Assembly: GCA_043228905.1 (NCBI GenBank)
Contig: JBHGNT010000018.1
Span: forward strand, 5,208,001 to 5,272,000
DNA length: 64,000 nt
Origin: Azolla caroliniana
Taxonomy: Eukaryota; Plantae; Polypodiophyta
Direction: 5' to 3'
Shown: positions 1-12,598 of the stretch, in pieces
Position numbering within the stretch: position 1 is the first letter of the stretch
Layout of the letters: each line of letters begins with the position of its first letter
Notes under the pieces: generated by a model
Databases searched by the model: none
What the model saw: the letters and a program-made list of their open reading frames with translations, nothing else
What the model was told of the DNA's origin: nothing
Translations under genes and position numbers: made by a program

Positions 1-2061
1 ATAGCTGAACAAAGAACCACACCTTGGTAGATATGCAAAATAAGTAGGGAGAAATGTTTATTTTTACCAACATCAATGATGTTACCTTTCAATATGGTGA
101 AAACTAAATAAACATGCATTACAACATATTTAAACCAATTGTTGGCATTGTCAAACCAATGCTACAAAAACATTCTTAATGTCACTAACATTACTCATGT
201 TACATTGCGGGGAATACTAAATAAACAACCATCATAATTTACTTAAGCCAATCGGTGCCATAGGTAAAAAAATGTGACAACACTCTCAACATTATAAACA
301 AATGAACCCAAACTTTTAAAAGGGCGTTATGTATTACGACATCCAGATATTCTACTTCATAATCTGTTGTTGATATGGCTTACAATATATCATTTGCATC
401 CAAGTCTTGTGCAGCAAGAAGTCACAATATGCTATTTGCCATATTGCGGTGCTAGGCTTACCATCGTACTAAGTCCACTGATCCCTGTCGAATGAGAGAT
501 TGTAGTTATCCTTGAAGTGGTTAATCGGTTCCTGAACCCCTAAACCCTAAACCCCCTTTACATAGATAGCTGAATATGAGAAGGAACTCCTTGAGTGTAT
601 GATGGAGTAAAAGCTATTAAGTCCTGCTAAACAATCGCCAGTTCTCTATCATCAGTAACAACTGGTTCAGTCTAGTTCAAGAGATTGGGATGGAGGTCTC
701 CTCAAGTAAGTACTAAGGAGGCCTGTCCCGCTCATTGTCATGATTAACAACTGGTTCAGTCTACTTCAACAGATTGGGAAGGTGGTCCCCTCACGAAATT
801 ATTAAGGAGGCCCTCCTTTTTGTTTGTAGGAGTGTTAGGTGGATGTGTGAATTGAACAAGCTGATAGATCACTGAACTTACTTTTACCTTCTATTGAAAT
901 GCTTTGTTTGTTTGTCTCTTGGTAGGATAGTCATAATGCTTAGCATTGTTGGACACGATGTGCAATGATTGATTTTGGCCGGTAGCAAGGACGAAAGGTT
1001 TGAAACAATGGCTATGGCAATCTATTGTTTGGCTTATTCTTTTTTAAAAGATATTCCGATGCTCTAGAGAAAGAAAGAAAGATTTATTAACGTCTTCTAA
1101 GACCATAATGGACCCATGAGACAATTGGTTTATAATAAAATGAGTATTTATCTGGTCATCACAACTAAGATAAAATAAAGTAAACATAGAACTTAAGCTA
1201 AAAGAGTTATAATAGTGTATAATACGTGGTATACTCGATAAAGGAAGTGACTTTACACTGAGACTAATTTTATGTCTACCCAAGCCTCTCGAAAAGAAGT
1301 GGGGGGTAGGGTTTTGATGTGGTTGTGACATGTGGTTCAAATGTAAAGAGTGCCCTATCCATGGCTTCTAGGCGGTGTAGCTCACGTTCCCTTATTTTCA
1401 TTATTGCTTCTACACCATGTCGAGTTGCTTTGAAACTCGGCACCTAAGGACGTTTGGTTCTTCTTTGGTTTTTTGCCTCATCAAGGGAAAGGTTGAGTGG
1501 TGCAGGTGTGTCGATATTCGTTGTCTCCCCCTGTTCCTAAAAAACTTCATTTATTGCATGTTGGTGAAATTAGCAACATTATTGTCAAACATTTTGTAAC
1601 TTATTCTCTTTTTGTTGTTTTCGCTCTAGAATATATTTGCCTAATTTCTTTATATCTAGAGTATCTAATAGTTTGGGGAGGGTAGGAGAGGAACCATGTA
1701 TGGCTTGGTATTTTGCCCTTATCTCAGCGTAGGTTGGGCACTTGCATGTAAAGTGATACTTATCCTCTATCTCTATGTGACATAACCTACATATCCTTTA
1801 CTCCTTAGGTACTCCATTAGTACGACCATTCTCAATCTCAAGTTGGTGAGATGATATTCTAAGTTGACCAATGGCAACCCTTAGTGCATGTGGTAAGAAT
1901 ACATCTAGATATTTTGGTCGTGTGATAAAACCTAACTCAGAGAAATGCATGAAGTGTTCCTTATAGTACAACATTTTAGATGGGAATCACTCTCGTGGGG
2001 TGATCCATTTATATTGAGTGTAAATTTGTCATATTTCTTGGCGTATTACTTTAATGCGGTC

Positions 2062-2930
2062 CTAATGAGAGATTAAAGTGTTATCAATCGTGTGGTTGTA
2101 CCTAAGGGGAGGTAGGTTATTAATGTTTAGACCATTTGCAAGAAGCCAACTCACCAGAATGCCATACCATGAGCTAGTATAGCTAGATTCATACAATGAT
2201 CGAGAGGCCTTAAAGGCTTGATGAGATATTCTATCATGTGGTTGGCTATGTATCATATGAATAAAGACTACAAGTTGGAAAAAGTGCCTCTACTAACATT
2301 GGGGGTAACGTGAACTCAGCCCTAATAATGTCATGTGGTACTGTCGATTTTCTTCGGAGTTGGTGTGATAACATTATCACCAATGGTCTCTCTAATTGCG
2401 TCTACATGAAAGATGGTAATCCTGGAGCCCAAATCGTTGATGCATACATGAGGGAGGGGGTCACTAATGAGTCAAAGAGCCACCCTTTAGTCCGTGTCTC
2501 TCTAGGAGTGAGAGCGATGCATGTCCTCTCGTAATTCTATCTTTCGTTGCATTTGTCATTGAAAATTTATTTGAGCGAGCACTTAAAGTGACTCCGAGAT
2601 AGATGTATGATCCAACCACCTCAACTGGGCTATGGGAGATAGTTAGGTGACACTTAGCTCTAACTTGGGCCGATGTGTGGAAGATAAGGACTTTAGTTTC
2701 CCTAGATTCACTACCAATCCTCATTGTGCATAAAAGTCATCTACGACATTAAGGTGCCTTTGTAGCTCGTGTTCGGACTCAGAGAGCAAAACTATGTCAT
2801 CCGCATAGAGCAAGATACGAACCTGGAATCCCCAAGGACTACTTCATTGCCTCCCTTACATGCAATAAAATCTGTGATCTCATCAATATAGATCCCAAAA
2901 AGTGTCGGTGATAGGGGGAGAACCTTTACA
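2062..2930 (-). mobile_element. Decayed non-LTR retrotransposon (LINE) reverse-transcriptase fragment
   Basis: Minus-strand translation gives a YADD motif (RC of gtcatccgcata, ~2797-2808) and a YIYLGV motif (ORF 2464..2724), with many stops; boundaries approximate. Confidence 0.65.
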
Positions 2931-3279
2931 AGTCATCCAATTAGTTTAGCTCAAGTCACCATTGCGGGTTCTTGTCAACAATAAAAAAAGAAAATGAAGA
3001 TGATTGTATAATAATCCATGCTTAAGAATAGGAAACTATCTCTTCATATTGTCAAATTGTTATCATTGGACAAGACAGTGACATTCCAATGAAAAGGTTT
3101 TCATCATCAAGAAGGCCTTCATGCATGCATGAAGAACCTGTTTAATGAACATGCCATTTTGGGGAAGGCGTGCGTTTTAGGCTTGCAAGGAAAAGTGCCA
3201 TTTCTGAGTTTAAAGATTACTTCTTTAAAGTCAAAAGAAAAGTGTAAAGCATATTCTTGCCAATGATTCATCAAGATTG

Positions 3280-3800
3280 CCGCCAATTGTTTTAAAGTCA
3301 AATCTTGCATTCTACAACATATTGCAAATGTGTAATGCAACCCAACCCCTTCCATGCAGAAGAGGAACACCCTTAACATTATAAAATGATGAAACCAAAC
3401 TTTAAAAGGTCGTTATGTATTACTACGTCCAATTATTCTATTTCATAATATGTCATTACTATGGTTTACAATATGAATAGCATCCAAATCTTGTGCAACA
3501 AGAAATTACTCACTTCATTAAATACACAATAATCAAGTCAAATCTTGCATTCTACAACATGCGGAAGAGGAACACCCTTAACATTACAAAATGATGAAAC
3601 CAAACTTTAAAAAGTCGTTATGTATTACTATATCCAATTATTCTATTTCATAATATGTTGTTAATATGGTTTACAATATCAATAGCATCCAAATGTTGTG
3701 CAACAAGAAGTTACTCATTTCATTAAATACACAATAATCAAGTCAAATCTTGCATTCTACAACATATTGCGAATGTGTAATGCAACCCCCTCCATGCGGG
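3280..3800. repeat. Tandemly duplicated ~210-250 bp unit, also present dispersed at ~300-425
   Basis: 'aagtcaaatcttgcattctacaacat' occurs three times; the 'ccaaactttaaaa..gtcgttatgtattact' block recurs at ~308, ~3395 and ~3600. Confidence 0.75.
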
Positions 3801-3988
3801 AGAGGATCACTACATTGAACTGACCTTCTCGACAGATGCGAAAACATAGGCATGGTCACTTGATCAATACTATCTCATGTGATCAACTGGTAAAAAAGGA
3901 CCTCTTCTCAACGCATGAGAAAACATAGGCATCACTTGATCTCTATCTCATGTGATGAACTGGGAAAAAGGACTTCTTCTCTGAATAT

Positions 3989-6900
3989 CTATGTTCCTCC
4001 AGATGTACACAGGGGCTCAAAACTTGAAGAAGCTCTTTTGCTGGCCTACAGAGAGTCAAGAAATTGGATTAAAGTTGATGTGGTCAAGTTAAAATAGATT
4101 ACTCTGAACCAAGCAAAGTGTTGTGAAAAGACCATTGCAATATTTTATCATCACCTAACACTATTTTTACCTTGTATGCACTGGAAATGAATCACACTCC
4201 AAAGTTGGTTGTGCATCATACAAAGCACTTTTCTGGTGATGACCAGTTACTGTAGCATCATCATCCTCTTGCTCATGATGTCCTTGAATGCTCGTGTTCT
4301 GCAATAGAATTAAACAAATTATCAGAAGAAATGAAAAATAGGATGAACAAATTTACAACGTTAATGAATCAATCAGAACTGAATCAACACATACTCTCTG
4401 AACTTTTTGGTATGGCTTTGTGTGTCTGAAGGCTGTTGCTTCTGGTGCAATGGGGTACTTTTGGACTTCCAGCAGAGGCTTCCTGCTTCTTTCAACAGTC
4501 GAAAGTATTGTGCTTTGCGACACCTCTGCATTGAGATCTGTTCTTGGATGAACATGGTAGTTGTCATTAAAGACATGTAGGCCCTAGCATTTAGTAGAAA
4601 AAGATTATGACATTGTCAAAATGAAAGCGCAAAACATTATAAGCAGGCCCTCAAAAAATCAAATTATAGCCAGTTAACTATAATCCATACATTGAATCTG
4701 GATGTAGAGATTCTGGCATTTCTGTGTTCACCCATTTGCTTAGATGTCTCAGTTTTCAAATTAATACCTGCATATTCATCCTGCAACGATCAGGAAAAAT
4801 GAAATATTCAGTCAATCAAATCAATATACATATTCAGTCAATCAAATCAAATTGGTAAATTCACAGTTTTTTCCGTATTTTCACAGTTTTTTTTTTGAGT
4901 TCAGAAATATGATTATTTGCACTACATCCCCCCCAAAAAACTGTGAAAATACGGAAAAAACTGTGAATTTACCAATTTCCTATATATATATATATATTAT
5001 GTTATATAAATCACTATACACTTACAAATACATGTATGAATATATTTACAATATACATGTACATGTACAGAGGAACAATATACATGGGTACCAGCAAGAG
5101 GTTATACCCGATGCACCTGCAGAAGAGTTTCATGTTGGTGAGCACGTTGATCTGTAGCAAATTGGAACTCCTGCAATAAAATAAAGTTTGAGTAAAGATC
5201 ACGTTGAATCATTTTAATATTAAACATTAGGAAGCGTATTAGTATATTTGCCGATTGGTTCACGCCCCTAAATAAATTACTTTCCTATATATGGCTGTAT
5301 ATACCCCTAAACCTTTGGCACCGCATTTACATTCACAGATGGCACACCTTTGGTACGGTTGGTTGACGTTTCATAACTGTAAACACCCCAACATCGCCTC
5401 TACTTGAGAATATCTGTATTATACATGAGATTGATTATACGTTATTTATAGTTTTCATCGAAATATTTATCATAAATGGAGACACAAATCCGGATCTAGA
5501 AAATTAATTACCCTCTTATCAAGAGGACGAGCCTTGAACTGGGACATCATCATACTCTCTTCTATTTCTTGTGTGGTCTTGTATCTAAGGCAAAGGCATG
5601 GTAAATATGAGAAATCATGGGTAAATAGACCCAAATACCAGGAAGGTTGAAGGATATACCTAGGAGGACGGGCCCGTACACCTGTCTCAAGATGGAACTC
5701 CCCTTTGGATGATATAATTCTTTCCATGTTTTGAGGAGCAGATGCATTCTGATAACGAAAAATAAATGCATTGAGAAGCTAGATAAAACATTCACGGATG
5801 GAATAGTATCACTTGACCCATTGTGCATTATTACATCAACTAATGGTATAGCTTGCTGGTGTATTAATGCTCTTTCCATCGTCCGTAAATTGAACTCCTG
5901 CATCCATTGAACAATGCATTTAAGATTCTATGCAGATAGAATCCAAAACAAGTGAATCATACAGAATGAAAATAGAATGTTTGGATTTCAAAATAACCTG
6001 AAATTCTGGCAGATGTGGAGTACTTCGATGAGGCAATGGAAGGGTGGGAGCTTCAAGAATCTGCAATCAAATGGAGAAAGGACCAACATCATGATTCCCA
6101 CTACACCATAATTGAGTTTTCTATACGACAGTATATAGAATCTTCTGTGAAATTTCCATAATGGGTATTGAGTACAAAGATTATAAAGGCACAAATTTGG
6201 CCTTTTATGAAACCACACACAATTATTGTAGGTCATTCTGGCAAATATTACAGGAACATAAGACTGATGTATTTAAACAAATGGAACGAACAGAATCAAC
6301 AGGCTGTACTTACTCTTTTGTTCAATGGTCTTGCCTTAAATTTGGGCAACTTTGCTAGCATCTCCTCTTCACGCTCAGCTGAGCTTTTAACACTGAGAAA
6401 AAGAACGCCAGGGAAAATTAAGGTGAAGTTGTTAAGAATGTATTATAAATCAATGTTTCAGAATACGGAGCCAAAAGAACTAACGTAGGAGGCCGTGCCC
6501 TCAACGATGTTCCTAGATGTGGCTCTTTTGGCCGTGTCAACTTAAGATTTCGCCCCCTTGATGATGTAGCCGTTTCCTGAAAACATAATCAATTTCTCAG
6601 TTCTCTTAAGAAACAGGGGTTCATGTTAGTTGTACAAAAAAAATCAATCAATCAACCTTCACACACATACCTGTGTCCTAAAATCCCCTAACAAATTCGT
6701 CTGAAACCTTTGCACCATTTCTGCCACTGGTATGTATGGTAAGCTAGATCCCTAAACCAAAAAACAATGAGGTGAGGAAAAATAAACAACGAATTTCTTC
6801 ACATGGAAAAGTAAAAGAATTCGTTAGAATTAACTGAACCTGGCCATTAGAATTGCAATGACCTGTTTCTCTGTGAATGTGAGCCCGCTTCTCTGTATAA

Positions 6901-9506
6901 AAATGGAACTCTTGTGGAACAGTTAGGGTAGGTGCATGCCGAGGTACCTTCATACCAAATAGAAGAATGAGAAATCTCAGAACTCCTTTTTCAAACATGT
7001 TATATTCAAAGACATAGAACAATTATTTAACAATAAGAAAATGATCATGATTACGTGGTATGATCGTCCCCCATCAAGCTTCTGCTTCTTGGCTGCCCTC
7101 TTCTCTGTAGTCACACAGAATTCCTGAAAAACAGACAAAATGTTTTGTTTATTTGACTTCAAAAGTGTAATAAAAAAAGAGGACTTCAAAAACAGACAGC
7201 TATATTAGTCATAAGGCAGTCAGAGATGACCCTGGCACCTCAATCCTTTGCTTTTTTGAGGTTTTCTTGTCATCAGCAATATCCATCTTTTGGAATCCAT
7301 CCAAGCATCTTTTAAGTGTGGTAGTCCTGTTACTGGTATTTACAACGAGTACAAGCACGAAAGATCACAAAATACTTCCTCAAATCCAGAAATGATCAAA
7401 ACATTGAGAAGACTATAGTAAACCTTTGCAGAGTTTTGATATTCTTGCCAGTCTCTTGCTTCTTCAACTCTGAGTAAGTCCTTTTCAGAGGTAAGTTCTG
7501 TTTGATATGAGCATTTTCATTATTACTCTTGAGCTCCTCAAAATGATGAGGCAACTGATGTTTCGGGGTGCTTGGTTCTGTCTTATTTGAATTGGATGTG
7601 GGACCTATACGTGAAATATTTTGATAGTTCAATATCTAATTCTTACAAACATAGTTCTACAAAAATAGAAGTATCTTGTTTACCCCAGGAGAGATCTTTA
7701 ATCTCACCAGGTACATTGATTTCCTTCACAGGTGATGTTTCCTTCACAATGTTTGTATCTTCAACATTGACACTACATATCACGCAAGAAACTTTAGCTG
7801 TGATTTATCCATACACAAAACCACAAAATTTCTTTTTGAGAGATCCGTATGGCTAATTACATACAAAATGCGTGGCCTTAATAAGGATATTATTTAACGG
7901 CGCTGTGTTTATGTGGATATGACATATAAAAAACTATACCATCAGTAAAGAAATTGCCACGCAGAAATAAAATTTGATATAATTACATTTCCATGGTATC
8001 GTTATACCTTGCATCACCATCCTTTGTGTCACTTGGAAACTCCGAGGATAGCCGAACTACAAGCTAAATTTCAAAACGAAAACAGATTTAACCAGGATTT
8101 ATTGCAATACACATATACACTAATTAATTTGCTAGAAATGCATGATTGTCTCACCTACTCAGAGAGGCATATGATAAAATACTTTACCTATCCAAGGTCA
8201 TATGGGTCACAACTGATCTACACATATAAACTGATTAATTGGCATGAATGTATGATTATCTTACCTTCTCAGAGAGGCATATGATAAAAGACTTTACCAA
8301 TCCAAGGTCATATGGGTCACAACCCATCTAACCAATATTTATTGCAAGCACTTAAATACTAGAGAACTAGGACAAATAAAAAAATAATTTTACCATTGAT
8401 AGCACTCAAAAGATATCCTTAAACACACATTTACTTGGGCAGTTCAACATGCTTTTTATAGCAAATTAAGATGAGTAATACACAAATATTAGTGATTTGG
8501 GATGAATCAAGGTTTAAGACAATACAAACATCTGCTAGAGAACTACAACGGAATGGTTACAGCATACAAGTCTAAAAGATACCGTAACAACCTAATTAAA
8601 ACATTGTTTACAATATATTGACACAATTTTCATTACATGCCTGATAATCTTACTATAATACAATTAACATATGCATGGAAATTTGAGAAACCCCAAAATT
8701 TATCTCTATACATTTAAATTTCAATGAATTTCTAGATAATTGCTTCCAAAAAGAAAATTAAAATAAATCAGTATGCACATATATCCTGTAGAATTGGGGT
8801 CATACCGTTACCAAATATACAGCCATCTATGGTAAAAGATTGAATCAAGATATTCTTTGCAACAAATTGAATCAAGATTCACCGCAATGCACATATATAC
8901 TACAGAATGGGAATAAATTATGAGGACTTCACCACTACTATCATAGAAAAAAGCATTTGATAAAAAAGAGCATACCTTTTGAACTTCAATGTATTCTTCT
9001 AGAGTGCAACCCATTGAGAGCTCTCGAACAGATTTAACTTTGCCGATAAATGCTATGAATTTGAAGATATAAAAAAAAACATTAATGTATATCACGAAAC
9101 TATTCATTTTCCAATCAAATTCAGAAATAAAAAACAAGTCGAATGAAAGAAGTAATCTTCTTGTTTATAAATGAAACCTGCATATATAAAATCCTTAAGA
9201 AACGGAATAAGCTTTTTTATGAATGGCATCTAATGTGGAGATAACTAGAAGAAAACATGACGAAATGCAATGATTCTTTGGTATATGCCATGTCTCCCTC
9301 TATTTAATAGAGAGCAAAAAAAAGAAAGAGAGGGGGAAAGAGAGGGGGTTACGAGATGCAGGGTGGCTTGGAGCAGCATAAAACCATAGCTCAGCAGCGG
9401 AGGCTTCATCCTGGGTCTCACCAGCGCAGAAATCGAAGAATCGAGGGGCAGAGAACTCGTATTTCGGATCAAGAATGAATTCTTCAGCAGTCACTGCGCT
9501 CTGCAT
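3989..9506 (-). CDS. TPX2: TPX2-family microtubule-associated protein / Aurora kinase activator, multi-exon
   Basis: Exon 1 (9353-9506) MQSAVTAEEFILDPKYEFSAPRFFDF...AELWF matches the plant TPX2 Aurora-binding N-terminus. Later GT-AG exons encode AAKKQKLDGG (~7070-7120), LTVPQEFHFYTEKRA (~6865-6945), LTRPKEPHLGTSLRARP (~6490-6575), KFKARPLN (~6320-6390), EFNLRTMERA, FKARPLDKR and EFQFATDQRA. The last exon and stop at 3989 are tentative. Confidence 0.85.
4849..4978. repeat. Intronic ~44-bp perfect inverted repeat (MITE-like hairpin) next to (TA)n
   Basis: aaattggtaaattcacagttttttccgtattttcacagtttttt ... aaaaaactgtgaaaatacggaaaaaactgtgaatttaccaattt. Confidence 0.8.
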
Positions 9507-9629
9507 CGCCGCCGATGTCAAAACCCTGAACCGCAGAACCCTAAAACGGAAGAGATTGCAGGAAATGGAAGCAGAAATTGGTTGATAAGGGGGTAAGGGG
9601 GGGGGCAGATAGATCTATCTCTCACACAC

Positions 9630-9666
<37 letters not shown>

Positions 9667-9709
9667 ATTCGTTTCTTTGCGTTGCCTTCTGTTCTCCCCG
9701 TGAGCTCGA

Positions 9710-9750
<41 letters not shown>

Positions 9751-9817
9751 TTCTCACAGAGCGCTCTGTCTGTGTACGTGAAGGAAGGAAGAAGGGGGGC
9801 GGACTTGATCGTGTGGA

Positions 9818-10125
9818 GAGTTTAGTTTGCTCTATAATTCGGTTTGGAGTCCGTCCTTTTCAAATTTTCTGAACGTTGGGGGGGGAGGAGGAGGCTCTAT
9901 CATTCGGTTTGGAGTTTAGTTTGCTCTTTATAATTCGGTTTGGAGTTTAGTTTGCTCTTTATAATTCGGTTTGGAGTTTAGTTTGCTTTTTATAATTCGG
10001 TTTGGAGTTTAGTTTGCTCTATCATTCGGTTTGGAGTTTAGTTTGCTCTATCATTTGGTTTGGAGTAGCAAAGGAGGCAGAGAGAGGTTTGGAGTTTAGT
10101 TTGCTCTATCATTCGGTTTGGAGTA
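9818..10125. repeat. Tandem ~30-bp minisatellite upstream of TPX2
   Basis: About 8 copies of 'attcggtttggagtttagtttgctct(tt)at(a/c)', flanked by (CT)n and (AG)n tracts. Confidence 0.85.
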
Positions 10126-10134
10126 GCAAAGGTG

Positions 10135-10174
<40 letters not shown>

Positions 10175-12565
10175 GCCAAATGGAGACCAGGTGGTCATGG
10201 GTTCAACCCTTACATTCCATAGTGGCATCTAGTGAAATAGAGATATATATGAAGTATATAATAGAGAGGTGAGGAAATTGGGTTTCAAACCCAAGACACA
10301 ATGCTTGTAGTGTTATCAACTTACCACTAGGGTAAGGTAATTACAATAATAATGAAAAAGAAAAAAAGAGAGACCGTAGCCAAATGGATCAAGACAATGC
10401 ATTGTGTCGTACCGTCACTCACTTCCCCTTCTCCCATGTGATAATGATGATGATGATGATGATGATGATGTCCGTCCAACCGAGGTTATCCCGATCTCCG
10501 AGAATGGGTTAAAATGCCATCTACGATGAACCAAAATGATTTTTTTCTATCATAGCAAATGTGTAGCTTGTATTGTACCTATGCCATGGTTTGGTGTTTC
10601 TTGTATGATTCATTACATCGTTTACGTGACTTGTTCGTAGCAATGACTCCGTTCGTCGTTGAGAGCAATTGCATGATCGTCAGAGAAGCCAAGTACCATT
10701 GAGTTATCATCAACCTAACTACCGAAGCACGTCTTGGAATTGTATTGAATACATGATGAATCATGATATGTACGATGCCATGAGAGGCAACTGGCATTGA
10801 GCTCGAACCATTTGACAAGAAAGAAGTGCCACTATTTATGGGTATATATCTTTCAAGTAGAAAGTTGTCTGTATGGTCATCACACCATCTTCTAAATACA
10901 ATGACATGGTGTCGAGCATAAGGTTGAAGTACTTTTGCTCAACTTCTATATATCTCGGTTAATGGAATATCATCGTCTCTAAGACTCTTTTATCCTAAAT
11001 TGTCCTTAGGAAGTCCAATTTTACTTTGGGAATTGTTAATTGTCTTTGTGGTTTTTGGCAACATTTTGGAAAAAACCATTTATGTCTACGTAATTCCTTT
11101 CCCAAACAATTCATATCCCCCTAATACATGGAGTTTGATAATCATTCAATTACCATAAACAAAAAAATTCCCAAAAATTGATATAAACATATCAAAATCT
11201 TAAAAAGAAAACGTCTCCTCTAACTAGTTGTTTGTAGCCTCGTGCATTTACTAGAATTTTGGCCAAATGCTTTTGGATGTCTATTAAATTCCCAACACCA
11301 AATGTCATGTCTTTTCATGACTTACTAACAACTTTATTCACGTTAGATCCTTGTCAAGATATACTGGGCATTCAATCTTATATGGGCAAGGAGTGGGTGT
11401 CAATCCACATTTGTGTGTAATAACAAATCACCTAGATTTTGTTAGTGAAATCCCTAAAGTATTCATAACCTTAATCTTAAACATTAACACGTAATATAAT
11501 AATACATGAATATAATTAACTTCAATGGTAATTCCAAAATTTAGGAGCATAAAGGCAACATCAATAATCACAAAAAGATAGTGACTTCTCGAATCTTTGC
11601 ATTCATTAACATCTACAAGCACGCTCATGAAGATAATGATACAACAACAAGCTTGGCGAGACTAAGGAATGTCAATGGGAGAGATTAACATCTTAAGGAT
11701 TTAGAGATCTCTAGTTATGGGGGAGACAGATACTTCAAAAAAATGAAGAAAAAAATGAAGAAAAAACTTTATAGTTCTTTTTCTACATTTCTAGTCACCC
11801 TCACTTTTTAGTGTTAATACTAGGCACACTCTCCCTTGACCTTCAACACTTGTCTCTAATATGATATAGCCTCCACGTGTGACATCCCCCTGTAACCCAA
11901 TGAATACACACTCTTGGGTGCACCCACAATGGTGGAGGGGATGTTTATTGATGCTTAATGATTCTACAAAACAATGGCAATTTGTCTCTCTTTTTGTATA
12001 TGTAGACATGTATGTGTTTGCATGTAGGAATGCATGATTATGTATTTGAATATAAATATATCATTATATGTACGTGCATACATGCACATATTGAGAATTA
12101 GTGTAACTTGGTGTTTTTAAATGTCTTTAACGATGAATGTATCGTTTTGTTACATGAGCATACAAAACAAACATTGGAGGCCCCCATGCTAAGTAACATC
12201 TTATTCATCCATAGCTTCATGAGGGTACTCTCTAGATGGTATCTATAAAGTAAGTCTCCATCATAATGTTAAGTCTTAAAGGAAAATCACCACTGAACAT
12301 AGTTTTTACAATGAACATTTAAAAGTTAACTTCTTAAAGGATTTAAATTTTTTTTAAAATAATTCAAAAGTTAAGTTGAAATCATATTGGGGCATTGTTT
12401 TATTGGCAAAAGGCCAAGAGATTGAGGAGAAAGTTGTTTAGGTCAATATAAAATATTTTTCAAGACAAGGATGTCATAACACCTATTTGGATGAAGAAAA
12501 GGAATTCAAAGTAGACCAAAACATTGGATGAATGAAAGCAACTCGTGTAACCAAACAAACATATA

Positions 12566-12598
<33 letters not shown>

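Noticed and set aside
9300-9521. TTG-initiated start of TPX2 given by the ORF track
   Set aside because: An in-frame ATG at 9506 gives a normal TPX2 N-terminus, and there is no evidence for non-AUG initiation.
9818-10125. ~30-bp repeats resembling a CRISPR array
   Set aside because: The repeats are contiguous with no unique spacers, there are no cas genes, and the context is eukaryotic.
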